Virus record (IMG/VR): IMGVR_UViG_3300017941_000198
DNA length: 38,836 nt
Strand: one strand, 5' to 3'
From: a virus
Both the position numbers and the translations under genes were made by a program. Below are positions 1-9,065 of this stretch, one piece after another. Position 1 is the stretch's first letter. The number at the start of each line of letters is the position of its first letter. The notes under the pieces were generated by a model, which saw only the letters and a list, made by a program, of their open reading frames with translations, was not told where the DNA came from and did not search any database.

Positions 1-2159
1 CATTCAGTAGTGGGAGTTATAATTGAGTTAGCATCTGTGTGAGCGGTAAGCAAGTATTGCGTAGTCCATGAAGCGGTTTCGTTTATGGGGTTATTCATGG
101 TGATTGTGTTGCTTGTGGAGTAGCCACTGTAGCTTCCTGAGCCTTGACCTGCCCAATATGCATTGACATATAGGATTCCTACGCCACCATAAATGTTGTT
201 ATTGGGTAGAACATAGAAGGTTGTAGATGAACCAGAAGCGTACCATCCCCCTCCCGTAGGTGAACCGTATGGGCTTGTGACGGTGAGGTAGTATTGGGTT
301 TGCCAATTAAACGTTATCGTGTGATTCGCTTGTATGTTGCTGAAGAGGTAGCTTGTTCCAGCCGTAGAACCACCGCCATCTATGCTGTAGCCTGTGCAGA
401 TATATTGGGTTCCTGTTGTGCCAGTCCAAGGGCTCGTCACGCCAACAGTAGAGTTGCTGCCTGCGGAGAGGGTTTCGTTTTCTGTTGGTTCTCCATAAGA
501 ACTATACACAGTGATGTTGTAATATTGCGTATAAGTCATCCGCATGTTCCATGTTGCGCCATCAGTGTTGTAAGCGGTTGTTGGGTCTGGAAACGTATTG
601 TATGTTTCGATAAAAATGTATTCTGCGCCTGAATAGGCAAGGTAAAACTTCGCTGTTGTTCCATCGTCCGATTCATAACCTATATAGTAAGTGTGTGCTG
701 CTACAATGTTAGGGCTTCCTATGACTGCAAGGTCATTCCAACCTGCAACAATAGATGTGTTTGCGGTGTAACCTATTTTTCCGCTAAGAGTACCTGTTCC
801 ACCGCCTGTATAAGCAGTATATATAGCTAAAGCGATGTGTCCGCTTGAGGTTGTTTGAACGTTAATTCCTATTGTTGATAAAATTCCAGATGCGCTTGCA
901 GTTATCGCGCATACTCGCATCGTGCCTAATCCCATTGTCAGTTGTGATGATGTGCTTCCTATTGTGTCCGTTGTACTGGATGGCGTACTACTTGAAATGT
1001 TTGAAAACATCGTTATACCGTAACTGTTTAAAACTGTTGGGCTATTGAATGTAAACTGAGCGCTTGGACTGCCAGATGCGCACCACCCTATACTCCTCGC
1101 GTTGCAATAAGCAGTTACATCTGCAAGAAACTGAATGGCGTTCGGACATACTTGGTTGCATCCTAATGCTTCAAACCAAAATGGAATGTTATTAGCGAGA
1201 CAGTAACTCACTTGACCATAAGTATCCATCCAACTTATCCAGTCAGCTTTTCCTTGAGCAAAGTTTCCATTATAGTAATCAGCAGCAAATGGTTCATACG
1301 AGTAACTTGCAGGAGGATAAGTGTACCAGTAATACATGTGATAACATAATATTGTGCCTGAAGGTAACCCAGACATTCCACCAGCAGTAATGAATGGTCC
1401 ATTATCCCAATTAGGCAACCCCATAACCATAACAGTTAAACCAGATTTAACCGCTTTCCATATCGGCACAGCAGTGTTAAGGAAACTTATGTAGCTATTC
1501 ATAAGACCTGTACTTGCATATCCGTACGTTAGTGGTCCAAACGGTTCACTGTAGGCATTAACTATATCGCAATTTGTGTCAGTAATCATTTGCGAAATGT
1601 TTGCGATGTAATTGTTCTGGTTGGCAGTTGTTGACATCATAGTTTGAAATGGAACTCCCATAGTAGCTGATGGTGGCGGGCAAGGTTGAAGGTCAAGCAA
1701 CATCCCTTTCGCATGAAGCTTCGCTGAGAAATCCGCCAATACTGTAGCAAAAGTAGTGCTCTGCCCATTCTTTCCGTTTGCACCAGCATAAAAAATAAAG
1801 CTAGGGGACATATAGCCGAAATTAAAGTATGAACCACTTGTGTAACTGTAAAAAGAGTTCGTGTTAACATCAGAATAAACAAGTACGCTAACAACGTTTC
1901 CGCCAGCGGCTTTCATCGTAGTCAAAAAGCTATCCATTGCTGTACTCCATAAAGCGTAAGTGCTGTATTGTTGCCAGCCTACAAGAATGTCATCGCAACC
2001 GTAATAGGGAGTGCTAACGCCAGTTGCCTTTGCTACTTGAGATGTTTTTGGAACAAGAACCGCAAGCGAACTTAATGATAACAATAGAATAAGAAGCAAA
2101 GAAAAAGCTTTGCTTGATGCTTTGGAACCGAATAAATTTCGTGCCTTGAATGACTTCAA
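1..2159 (-). CDS. Large secreted/virion protein (>719 aa, 3' end outside window): signal peptide, GH5/clan GH-A-like TIM barrel, then beta-rich repeats
   Basis: Not in the ORF track. Translated by hand, open from TTG at 2159 (overlaps TGA of upstream ORF) to the edge. MKSFKARNLFGSKASSKAFSLLLILLLSLSSLAVLVP; motifs VNAYSEP, CYHMY, IPFWFEALG, SIGWC; repeats TQYYNITVYSSYG, TQYYLTVTSPYGSPTGGGWY, TQYLLTA. Confidence 0.85.
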   Translation of the reverse strand, partial: MKSFKARNLFGSKASSKAFSLLLILLLSLSSLAVLVPKTSQVAKATGVSTPYYGCDDILVGWQQYSTYALWSTAMDSFLTTMKAAGGNVVSVLVYSDVNTNSFYSYTSGSYFNFGYMSPSFIFYAGANGKNGQSTTFATVLADFSAKLHAKGMLLDLQPCPPPSATMGVPFQTMMSTTANQNNYIANISQMITDTNCDIVNAYSEPFGPLTYGYASTGLMNSYISFLNTAVPIWKAVKSGLTVMVMGLPNWDNGPFITAGGMSGLPSGTILCYHMYYWYTYPPASYSYEPFAADYYNGNFAQGKADWISWMDTYGQVSYCLANNIPFWFEALGCNQVCPNAIQFLADVTAYCNARSIGWCASGSPSAQFTFNSPTVLNSYGITMFSNISSSTPSSTTDTIGSTSSQLTMGLGTMRVCAITASASGILSTIGINVQTTSSGHIALAIYTAYTGGGTGTLSGKIGYTANTSIVAGWNDLAVIGSPNIVAAHTYYIGYESDDGTTAKFYLAYSGAEYIFIETYNTFPDPTTAYNTDGATWNMRMTYTQYYNITVYSSYGEPTENETLSAGSNSTVGVTSPWTGTTGTQYICTGYSIDGGGSTAGTSYLFSNIQANHTITFNWQTQYYLTVTSPYGSPTGGGWYASGSSTTFYVLPNNNIYGGVGILYVNAYWAGQGSGSYSGYSTSNTITMNNPINETASWTTQYLLTAHTDANSIITPTTE

Positions 2160-2368
2160 CCGCTTTTCTTTTCACGGTTTCCTAAACGGGAAACTTTGCA
2201 ACAAACATCGGCTTCAACAACTAAAATATACTCTTCGCCGTCCGAGTACATTTCAGGCTTGACTTTAACACGGTCAACACCGAGCAAACGTTTACCTTTT
2301 ATCCTAGCAATATTAACTAAATCCTGCATGTCAGCAACTGGACCCCTAATTTTTACAGGTGTCTCCAT
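2156..2368 (-). CDS. Hypothetical protein, 70 aa
   Basis: ATG start; stop overlaps the next start (TTGA). Confidence 0.65.
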   Translation of the reverse strand: METPVKIRGPVADMQDLVNIARIKGKRLLGVDRVKVKPEMYSDGEEYILVVEADVCCKVSRLGNREKKSG

Positions 2369-2469
2369 ACAAGCCCTGACTCATTTACATATTTAACACT
2401 GTTTAAGTATAAATTTTTTACCATTTCTTTTTCGAGTTCTATCATGTTTAACACTTCCGTTATAAACTC

Positions 2470-2871
2470 CTAATCGCTGAAAAAGCGGCCACTGATGAAT
2501 TCTATGAAGAATATGGTTATTAGGAATGCGTAGATTGCTCTTATTGCGTCTGCGATTACTTCAAACGCAAGTTGCCCTTGCGGATCTGTTATGTAACTTG
2601 TCTTTATGAAATCCAGAAACTTTGGCAAGCCATCAATGAGGTACTGTAGGTTCTGGTAAAGATAGCTGAAGCCTGCGAAGATGTCGCCTATTACGGGTAT
2701 GCCACTGAAAGGAGTTCCACCCCAACTAGTAGCGATTTTGGTGCTATTGAATTGCTGCTCATACTGCGTAGCATTCAAACTTGTTCCTGCGGCAACATAA
2801 GCTGTTCCTGGCAAGGCTAAACCCATAACTACGCCTACGCTCAAGTTAATTATGAACAAGCCAAGCAACAA
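2470..2871 (-). CDS. Putative virion membrane protein (hydrophobic N- and C-termini); may start at ATT 2889
   Basis: Hydrophobic ends, sequons NLS/NAT/NST, directly downstream of the spike-like gene. Confidence 0.7.
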   Translation of the reverse strand: MLLGLFIINLSVGVVMGLALPGTAYVAAGTSLNATQYEQQFNSTKIATSWGGTPFSGIPVIGDIFAGFSYLYQNLQYLIDGLPKFLDFIKTSYITDPQGQLAFEVIADAIRAIYAFLITIFFIEFISGRFFSD

Positions 2872-2912
2872 TTCCCACTGAACGCGAATCTAACTCACTC
2901 TCCTTTGTTGTG

Positions 2913-4202
2913 TCATGAATAAAGCATCCTTCTTCTTGCGGTTACGATGCCAGCCATGATGCTTAACGCTAAAGCAGTAACCAAGGCTGCGCTTGTTATT
3001 GGAATCCAACCCATCGCCGCCAAAATTATGGCTACAATAGTTGTTAATACTCCCCCTACTTCAGCAGATAATTCGCTGAAGCACCCAGCAACAAAGATGA
3101 TTAGCAAGGCTGGGATCATCCATGCGGTTGATATGGATAATGTGCCGAGGAAGTCTAAGCTAAATGGTGCTGTTGGCGTAGTGTATTCCCCTATCAAATA
3201 CTGTTTATAACTGAAAGACCCAAACGTTAAATGGTCAATGGCGACAGTTACTTCGTAGTTTGTAGCGTTATCAGCATAAGCCCATGTGTAACTAAACGTT
3301 TGATAACCTACGCCTGAAAAGACTTGCATAAAAGCTACTGTGCTGTCAGATGCGTTTGTGATTGTTATGGTTACGCTGTTCGTCATACTGGTTGTGTCTC
3401 CATAGCTTACGGTGATGCTACCAACTGGGTTTAAGAAGTCGCGTACTGCGTAAGCGTGAACGTACTGGTAAAGAAGCAAAGTTTGTTTAGGAAAATCAAC
3501 TCCTCGAAGAACTAGCTGAATTCCAGTGGTTGAAGATGGCGTTAAAAAACCATAAACAATATCATTTGCGTCATTAACTCCATCGCTTAAAACAATACGG
3601 TAACGGTGGCCTTCTTGCAAATTCATGATTACGGTGTTTTGAGCATCAACAGGTCGGTCATCAACGGTTGTGTAATTCATAACCGTATAAGTTGTATCTT
3701 CAATCTGGGCTTTTATAATTGGGTAACTTTTCAATTGCCCTACATAATCTAAAAAGGCAATTGTGTAAGTTGTTAATCCCGAAGTGGCACCCCAAAGAAT
3801 GTATGTGCCTGAAGTTTCAGTAAAGTCTGATTTTAGCCAGTATTCCCTATGGCTTGTAATTGAAAGCCCTGTTGTGTTGTCTGTTATGTCGTAGGCGAAA
3901 TAAATAGGAACAGTAGTGGTGTTAAAGGAGTAACCAGCTCCTCCGTTGCCATTGGTACTGAAAGTATCTGGTGGCGAATTTAGGTAATGCACAGTTACAT
4001 TAACATAAGCTGGGCTTCCATTTTTATATTTCAATGCTACGCCTGTGTTTTCGTCAATTGGTCCATAAAAATGGTAGTTGAATCCTGTTGCTTTAACTTT
4101 TGGGATAGAAGCAAAAGATACAACTAACAAAGTAGCTAGTAAAACTATTGCCATAACACTGAATATTTTTTTAGTACCCAAGTATTTGGCTATTTGGATC
4201 AA
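2913..4202 (-). CDS. Putative virion spike/adsorption glycoprotein: signal peptide, beta-rich ectodomain, about three C-terminal TM helices
   Basis: T/Y/S-rich ectodomain, six N-x-S/T sequons (NVT, NTT, NTT, NYT, NAS, NAT), C-terminal hydrophobic helices; architecture like fusellovirus VP4-type proteins. Start may be TTG 4181. Confidence 0.7.
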   Translation of the reverse strand: MIQIAKYLGTKKIFSVMAIVLLATLLVVSFASIPKVKATGFNYHFYGPIDENTGVALKYKNGSPAYVNVTVHYLNSPPDTFSTNGNGGAGYSFNTTTVPIYFAYDITDNTTGLSITSHREYWLKSDFTETSGTYILWGATSGLTTYTIAFLDYVGQLKSYPIIKAQIEDTTYTVMNYTTVDDRPVDAQNTVIMNLQEGHRYRIVLSDGVNDANDIVYGFLTPSSTTGIQLVLRGVDFPKQTLLLYQYVHAYAVRDFLNPVGSITVSYGDTTSMTNSVTITITNASDSTVAFMQVFSGVGYQTFSYTWAYADNATNYEVTVAIDHLTFGSFSYKQYLIGEYTTPTAPFSLDFLGTLSISTAWMIPALLIIFVAGCFSELSAEVGGVLTTIVAIILAAMGWIPITSAALVTALALSIMAGIVTARRRMLYS

Positions 4203-4446
4203 GCTCCTGACTGTTAATTATGGCCCACAAAATAACGATTACGTCAAATATGGGTCCCCACCAAGTTGCAACAAACTCGACAAGCGTTAACAGGCTAAAT
4301 GCTTGCCCAGTTAAATCTCCCATAGCTTGATAAGCGATTGTTAAGACTACGCCGTTGCAGATGTACCAGCCAACAGTGATTATGAAGAGGCACACGATAG
4401 CGGTGAACCAAACGAACAAGACTCGCGTTAACCAGTCACCTGCCAT
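4171..4446 (-). CDS. Small two-helix hydrophobic protein, candidate capsid/envelope protein
   Basis: 91 aa, two long hydrophobic segments, in the structural operon. Confidence 0.65.
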   Translation of the reverse strand: MAGDWLTRVLFVWFTAIVCLFIITVGWYICNGVVLTIAYQAMGDLTGQAFSLLTLVEFVATWWGPIFDVIVILWAIINSQELDPNSQILGY

Positions 4447-4694
4447 TCAAACCTGTTTGCAATCTTATGCGCATTTTTATAGGATAATCCTCGTTTCATT
4501 AAGTTAGTTTCTACTCCTTCATGGGTACGGAGCTTTAGCTTCTTCGCTGGTGTATCGTATTTGTCGCTTCGTACCCACACTTCGTTTGCAGGAATCTTCC
4601 CTCTTAGCTTCTTTGGCAATTCATTCTTAGGCATGAGTCCATGAAGCGCAATGTAGTCGCCCATTACTTTTTTAGACTTAACCAAGACGCGCAT
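4428..4694 (-). CDS. Basic 88-aa protein with an HExxE...AH motif (possible metal site)
   Basis: THEGVETNLMKRGLSYKNAHKIA. Confidence 0.6.
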   Translation of the reverse strand: MRVLVKSKKVMGDYIALHGLMPKNELPKKLRGKIPANEVWVRSDKYDTPAKKLKLRTHEGVETNLMKRGLSYKNAHKIANRFEWQVTG

Positions 4695-4696
4695 GT

Positions 4697-4948
4697 TTAG
4701 GTTCTCCGTTGCGCTTCATTGTACCCGTAATAGGCTAGTCCGAGAACCAAAAACGCTAATAAGAACTTCCAGAGGTTATTTATGAAATCGTTAGCTAAAT
4801 TAAAGCTATTCCAGTTTCCAGCCGTTGCAAACTTGTCACTTGAAAGTTGATTATTGAAACTTTCTTGCACTGCCTGCACAGCGGTTGCATAGAAAAACCA
4901 CATGGCTCCAACTATGACAAGCGCCATAATTACCACTACGAAATACAT
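4697..4948 (-). CDS. Candidate major capsid protein of spindle-shaped-virus type (hydrophobic helix hairpin); probable extension to ACG 4990
   Basis: Two hydrophobic helices joined by an N/S-rich linker and a basic C-tail; in-frame upstream ALKRFRRNQQG|LL resembles a prepilin-like leader. Confidence 0.55.
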   Translation of the reverse strand: MYFVVVIMALVIVGAMWFFYATAVQAVQESFNNQLSSDKFATAGNWNSFNLANDFINNLWKFLLAFLVLGLAYYGYNEAQRRT

Positions 4949-4980
4949 GAGTAAGCCTTGCTGGTTTCTGCGGAAACGTT

Positions 4981-7734
4981 TTAGCGCCGTCTTCTTGTTT
5001 GCCTCCTGCTCTTGGTTGCTTGCTTCCTTCTCTGTTTAGTTGCTTGTTTAGGCTTGAAAGCTTTAATCATTTTGTTCGCATTCTTCTCAATGTTCCGCAT
5101 AGGCTTCCCCATGCCTCCGACACCGAAGGTTTTAAGCATTTGACTGTAAGTCTTAATCTTGTGCTTCTTGAGATACCATTTACCGCCAAACATATTTTTT
5201 GGACCAAGATTATCAAAACCACCACCTAAACCAAAGGCAGGCATCTTTGGAAAAGTCTGCTTAGAAACATTTGGAAACTTTGGAAATACAGAGGTTGGTA
5301 CTGTTCTCGGTATTTGTCGGGGAACTAGAGTAGGAGTTAATTTAGGAATTAGAATAGGAGTTGTTTTCGCTATAGTTATCGGTGTTGTTCTCGGAATTTG
5401 GAAAGGGGTTATTTTAGGAATTTGAACAGGAATTAAACTAGGCATTGTTTTTGCTATAGTTACAGGTTTCGTTATAGGTGTTATTGTAGGAATCCTTATC
5501 TGAGATTGCCTTTGATTGAAAGTTGGAATCAATGATTGCTCTTGTCCTTGTCTTTGCGTGACACCCAGAATATTCCTTGTTTGAGTTATAGAAGAAGCAA
5601 TTATTTTAGGAGAAGCTAATCCAGAATTTGGATAAACCAAAAATGATGTTTCTTCTTCGTCGGCTTGTGTTGAAAATATATGCGGTGTTAGGAAGCCAGA
5701 GATTTTAAATTTTGGAGCAGTCAATTTAGCTTCACCAATTATAGCACGTGGCAAAGCAACCTCTTTAGGCTCTGTTGTAGCCTGAATAAGTTTAGTTACA
5801 TCCGGTGCATTAACATTTAAAGAAGTATCTTCTGCGGCATTTTTGAAAAACTTGTTTGAACCAGTCTGCATAGCTCCTGACAAATCTTTAGGCGCTTGAC
5901 TTCCATAATCAACGATGGGTCTGTAATTTCCACCTAACTGTTTATAGATATTTTGCGCTAAATCCTCAGGAAGAGACTTAGCAATATCCGCAACGTTTAC
6001 CTCATCAGGAATGCCTCTGATTTTTACTCCAGTAAAATCTCTAAAGCTAATCTTGGTTTCAGGCAAAATAGCTTCTTCCGATGTAACAATTGTCTTCTCA
6101 GCATATACGGCTGGAGGTTGACCTTTCGTTAAGTCAATAGTTACTTTAGTCCGTTGAATCGCGGGCATATCTGAAGGAGTCTCTAAGAAGTCATTTACGT
6201 TTCCAGTTTTTGCTATAGCTAACTTATAATTGCCATTTCGCTCAAGTGCCGCAAGAAGTGGATCCCCTTTACGGATTGATTCAACTTGTCTTAGAATTGG
6301 GATTGGTTCAAGTTCTTTGCCGCCTATCTCCATGTTAGGCTGATAGACTTTTTCGGTTCCTGCTAAATCAACAACTGGATTCTGAAGTGTCTTAAGATTA
6401 TATTCTTTGTAATAGGAAACATCTTTGCCCCGTAAAGTTACCGTTTCAATGTCAGGTTCTGTAAGTTGACCGATAATGGTTTCTTTTCCGAAAGTGTTTT
6501 GTGCTGAAAGTTCTTTGACGCTTGTTAACTCCTCAAACTTTACACCAATAATATTGTCGCGTATGGTGCCAATTACTCTTTGACCCGTATCTGTTGCCCT
6601 AATCTTTCCACCTACAGCTCCAACAACTTCTCCTGCCGCGCCAAATGCTGCGCCGAACTCTGCACCTTGAATTATCGCTTGAGAATTACCAAGACTTAAT
6701 ATGGCGTTGCCACCTGCGCCTAACCCAGCATTAAGACTTATCCGTGTTGCAGCACGAACAATCGGGTTAGCAACGTCACCAGCTAATTGAGGTGCAACCT
6801 CGCCGATAGCGCCCAAAGCTCCAGCACCAATAATACCAAATGCTGCGCTATATGCAGCGACATCAAGAACTTCTTTAGGTGAAGCAGGCAAAACTAAACT
6901 TGCTTGTCCAGTCGCAAAAGACTTAGTTGCAGATTGAATTCCTATGTTTGCACCTTCCCCAATCGCTATGCTCGGAATAACAATTTCAGGTGCAACTGCC
7001 GCAGTAATGGCGATTCCTCCAGCTTCAGCAACTAAAGCCTTGGTTGAAGGAGGATTGTTAAACGCTGACAAAGGATTCTTTGTGGGTGTCGTTACACGGG
7101 TAAAAAGAGTGGCACTTAAGCCACCTGCTGGGTAAGCAGAATTTATTTGTTTTATGTAATTAATTTTATCTTGAAGCGGAATATACGCAGGCGCACCTAA
7201 CGCTAAAGCTTCTTCATTAGAAGATGGGTAAGAAGTGACATCCGCTATTTCCTTGTCTCTTTCTTGAATCTGCTCTAGTGTTAATGGAACTATAACTTGC
7301 TTTGTGTATGTAGTTGATTTTTCTCCTACTGGATTAACAATGCTTAAATTCGATGCGAAAGGTTTGCCACCTATATTTGATATGTCATTGTAGATTGTGT
7401 TTCCAGCGTTGCCAATTGCTTGACCTGCATTGCTTATGGCACTTGATATTGTACCAAGAAGGCTAGATGTTTTTGGTGCAGGAGTTGGCGTTGTTGGTGC
7501 TGGTGTAACGCTAACTTCAGGAGTAACCGCTGGATTCCCCAAAGGAGTTGTTGGGCTTCTACCTACCCCTGCCGAATATGGAGATTGCGCTACTGGCGGT
7601 GCTGCTTGAGCTTTAGCCATGTTCGCGTTCTGTATAGCCATAGCACTGTTATATTGATCTTGCGTAATCGTGCCAGAAGTTAAGGCTTGCTGAAAAACAG
7701 CGTTCTGCGCTTGAATCTGAGCAACCGTGCTCAT
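4981..7734 (-). CDS. 917-aa putative internal/structural protein: P/T-rich N-terminus, G/A-rich hydrophobic helices, IPxxTP repeats, K/R-rich tail
   Basis: GGAG RBS 11 nt upstream; GAGLGAGG and GAEFGAAFGAAG segments; tail KQRRKQATKSRRQTRRRR. Confidence 0.85.
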   Translation of the reverse strand: MSTVAQIQAQNAVFQQALTSGTITQDQYNSAMAIQNANMAKAQAAPPVAQSPYSAGVGRSPTTPLGNPAVTPEVSVTPAPTTPTPAPKTSSLLGTISSAISNAGQAIGNAGNTIYNDISNIGGKPFASNLSIVNPVGEKSTTYTKQVIVPLTLEQIQERDKEIADVTSYPSSNEEALALGAPAYIPLQDKINYIKQINSAYPAGGLSATLFTRVTTPTKNPLSAFNNPPSTKALVAEAGGIAITAAVAPEIVIPSIAIGEGANIGIQSATKSFATGQASLVLPASPKEVLDVAAYSAAFGIIGAGALGAIGEVAPQLAGDVANPIVRAATRISLNAGLGAGGNAILSLGNSQAIIQGAEFGAAFGAAGEVVGAVGGKIRATDTGQRVIGTIRDNIIGVKFEELTSVKELSAQNTFGKETIIGQLTEPDIETVTLRGKDVSYYKEYNLKTLQNPVVDLAGTEKVYQPNMEIGGKELEPIPILRQVESIRKGDPLLAALERNGNYKLAIAKTGNVNDFLETPSDMPAIQRTKVTIDLTKGQPPAVYAEKTIVTSEEAILPETKISFRDFTGVKIRGIPDEVNVADIAKSLPEDLAQNIYKQLGGNYRPIVDYGSQAPKDLSGAMQTGSNKFFKNAAEDTSLNVNAPDVTKLIQATTEPKEVALPRAIIGEAKLTAPKFKISGFLTPHIFSTQADEEETSFLVYPNSGLASPKIIASSITQTRNILGVTQRQGQEQSLIPTFNQRQSQIRIPTITPITKPVTIAKTMPSLIPVQIPKITPFQIPRTTPITIAKTTPILIPKLTPTLVPRQIPRTVPTSVFPKFPNVSKQTFPKMPAFGLGGGFDNLGPKNMFGGKWYLKKHKIKTYSQMLKTFGVGGMGKPMRNIEKNANKMIKAFKPKQATKQRRKQATKSRRQTRRRR
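5281..5520 (-). repeat. Degenerate protein-level repeat (IP-x-x-TP) in the 917-aa protein
   Basis: IPTITPITKP...IPKITPFQIPRTTPITIAKTTPILIPKLTPTLVPRQIPRTVP. Confidence 0.7.
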
Positions 7735-7853
7735 TTACGTTTTTTCTCCTTTCTTGTTTGTCGGCTAGCTTGCTGTGCTATTCGCCAGTATTCTCTAATG
7801 ATTGCTGGAGAATTACCGCCTAAAGGTCTTCCGCGTTGTTTCTTTTGTTTCAT
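7731..7853 (-). CDS. 40-aa basic peptide with an AT-hook-like RGRP; first gene of the structural operon
   Basis: Hand translation MKQKKQRGRPLGGNSPAIIREYWRIAQQASRQTRKEKKRK; TGA overlaps ATG 7734. Confidence 0.6.
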   Translation of the reverse strand: MKQKKQRGRPLGGNSPAIIREYWRIAQQASRQTRKEKKRK

Positions 7854-7868
7854 TCTTCCACAGTTATA

Positions 7869-7895
7869 TTGTCAATGACAAAGCTTATAAGCTTT
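7869..7895. promoter_or_regulatory. Bidirectional promoter: perfect palindrome AAAGCTTATAAGCTTT plus adjacent inverted repeat TTGTCA-A-TGACAA
   Basis: Palindrome at 7880-7895 is centred on TTATAA, about 35-37 nt from both divergent ATGs (7853, 7925); IR at 7869-7881. Confidence 0.7.
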
Positions 7896-7924
7896 ACTCA
7901 CTCTATAAGATTTGTTGAAAACAC

Positions 7925-8131
7925 ATGCCAAAACGAGACACAGAAGATTGGAGTGATGGCGTACACTTTATTGACAAAGAGTTAGAGAAGGTCAACGCAA
8001 AAGTTAGAGCCAAAACTTTCAATTCGATGCCTCGCTACAAAAACGAAACGCCATTACAGCACCTAACAAGAGCAAATATTGAATTTCAAAAAAGGAAGAA
8101 ACAGAGAAATGCTTATGGGAGAATAATTTAA
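7925..8131 (+). CDS. Small basic protein
   Basis: First ORF after the promoter; basic C-terminal half. Confidence 0.7.
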   Translation: MPKRDTEDWSDGVHFIDKELEKVNAKVRAKTFNSMPRYKNETPLQHLTRANIEFQKRKKQRNAYGRII

Positions 8132-8132
8132 A

Positions 8133-8345
8133 ATGGTTAGTAAATGGATTCAAAAAGCAAGTAACCCACGCAAAAAAGGAGCATTACACAAGCAACTCGG
8201 AATCTCGCTGGATAAGAAGATTCCTAAAGCTACGTTGCATAAGATTGTTAAAGCTAAGGTCGGCAGCAAGGTGCATGGAAAAACCGTAACCACAACAATG
8301 AAAAGACGGGCCTTGTTTGCGATTAATGCGCAAAAAAGGAGATAA
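8133..8345 (+). CDS. Fusellovirus VP2-like basic DNA-binding nucleoprotein
   Basis: KWIQKASNPRKKGALHKQLG resembles the SSV1 VP2 N-terminus (recalled as KWVQKAIKRPG); 20/70 K+R, one acidic residue. Confidence 0.65.
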   Translation: MVSKWIQKASNPRKKGALHKQLGISLDKKIPKATLHKIVKAKVGSKVHGKTVTTTMKRRALFAINAQKRR

Positions 8346-8357
8346 GGTGCAACACAA

Positions 8358-8504
8358 ATGAGTATCTTTGAAATTGAAGGTAAAAAACCAAAAAATTATC
8401 ATGGACCAACCCATTATAAAATAACTGATATGGGCTTTAGTTATGTTGGTATTCACTCTACTAAGCAAACTAAAAGGAAAACAAAAAAGCGAAAACGGAG
8501 ATAA
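8358..8504 (+). CDS. 48-aa protein with a K/R-rich tail
   Basis: Hand translation MSIFEIEGKKPKNYHGPTHY...KQTKRKTKKRKRR; fills the gap in the operon. Confidence 0.6.
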   Translation: MSIFEIEGKKPKNYHGPTHYKITDMGFSYVGIHSTKQTKRKTKKRKRR

Positions 8505-8509
8505 AAGTT

Positions 8510-8725
8510 ATGAGTTGGAGAAAAGAGAAATCTGAGCATCCTTGGGCAACCAAGATGCAAGCTAAACGCATAGCCCATGACCATGCCGTAAAAAAGAAAA
8601 GCACACGCCACCCAAAAGGTAAGGGTTCAAGTGCAATTCAAACAGCCAAGAAAGACTTCACTAGCTTAGAGGCTGGAGCAAAAAGAATCACATACGGCAA
8701 ACACGAAGCCGAAAAGGTGTTTTAA
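8510..8725 (+). CDS. Small basic protein
   Basis: KEKSEHPWATKMQAKRIAHDH; K-rich; operon-coupled. Confidence 0.7.
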   Translation: MSWRKEKSEHPWATKMQAKRIAHDHAVKKKSTRHPKGKGSSAIQTAKKDFTSLEAGAKRITYGKHEAEKVF

Positions 8726-8726
8726 A

Positions 8727-9065
8727 ATGGCTTGGATTTGGGATCCTAACGCTCGCAGAAGAAAAAAGCAGAAGGAAGATTTAGACAAAGACTATTACAA
8801 GCGCCAAAAAGTCTATAATGCCTCTAAAGAGAAAGAGCGAGAAAGAATCGCGGCTTTAAGAGGTAAACAAGACGCACAGAAAATAGCTAACCGTAAACCG
8901 TTTTACCAGAAGCTCATGGGCGCATTCGCCAACATTGGAAAAGACCTTGTGGCGCAAAGCGGAAACGTTAAGCCTAACGCGCTTTTCACATGGGATACGC
9001 CTAAGAGGCAACGTAAAAGAAAAGGCAAACGCAGAACCAAAAAGGAAAAGGAGGTTGAGTTATGA
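8727..9065 (+). CDS. K/R-rich protein, 112 aa
   Basis: RRRKKQK and KRQRKRKGKRRTKK clusters. Confidence 0.75.
   Translation: MAWIWDPNARRRKKQKEDLDKDYYKRQKVYNASKEKERERIAALRGKQDAQKIANRKPFYQKLMGAFANIGKDLVAQSGNVKPNALFTWDTPKRQRKRKGKRRTKKEKEVEL

Noticed and set aside
294-1894. Track ORFs 294-632 (+) and 1637-1894 (-)
   Set aside because: Shadow frames of the large GH-containing ORF, which is open across 1-2159
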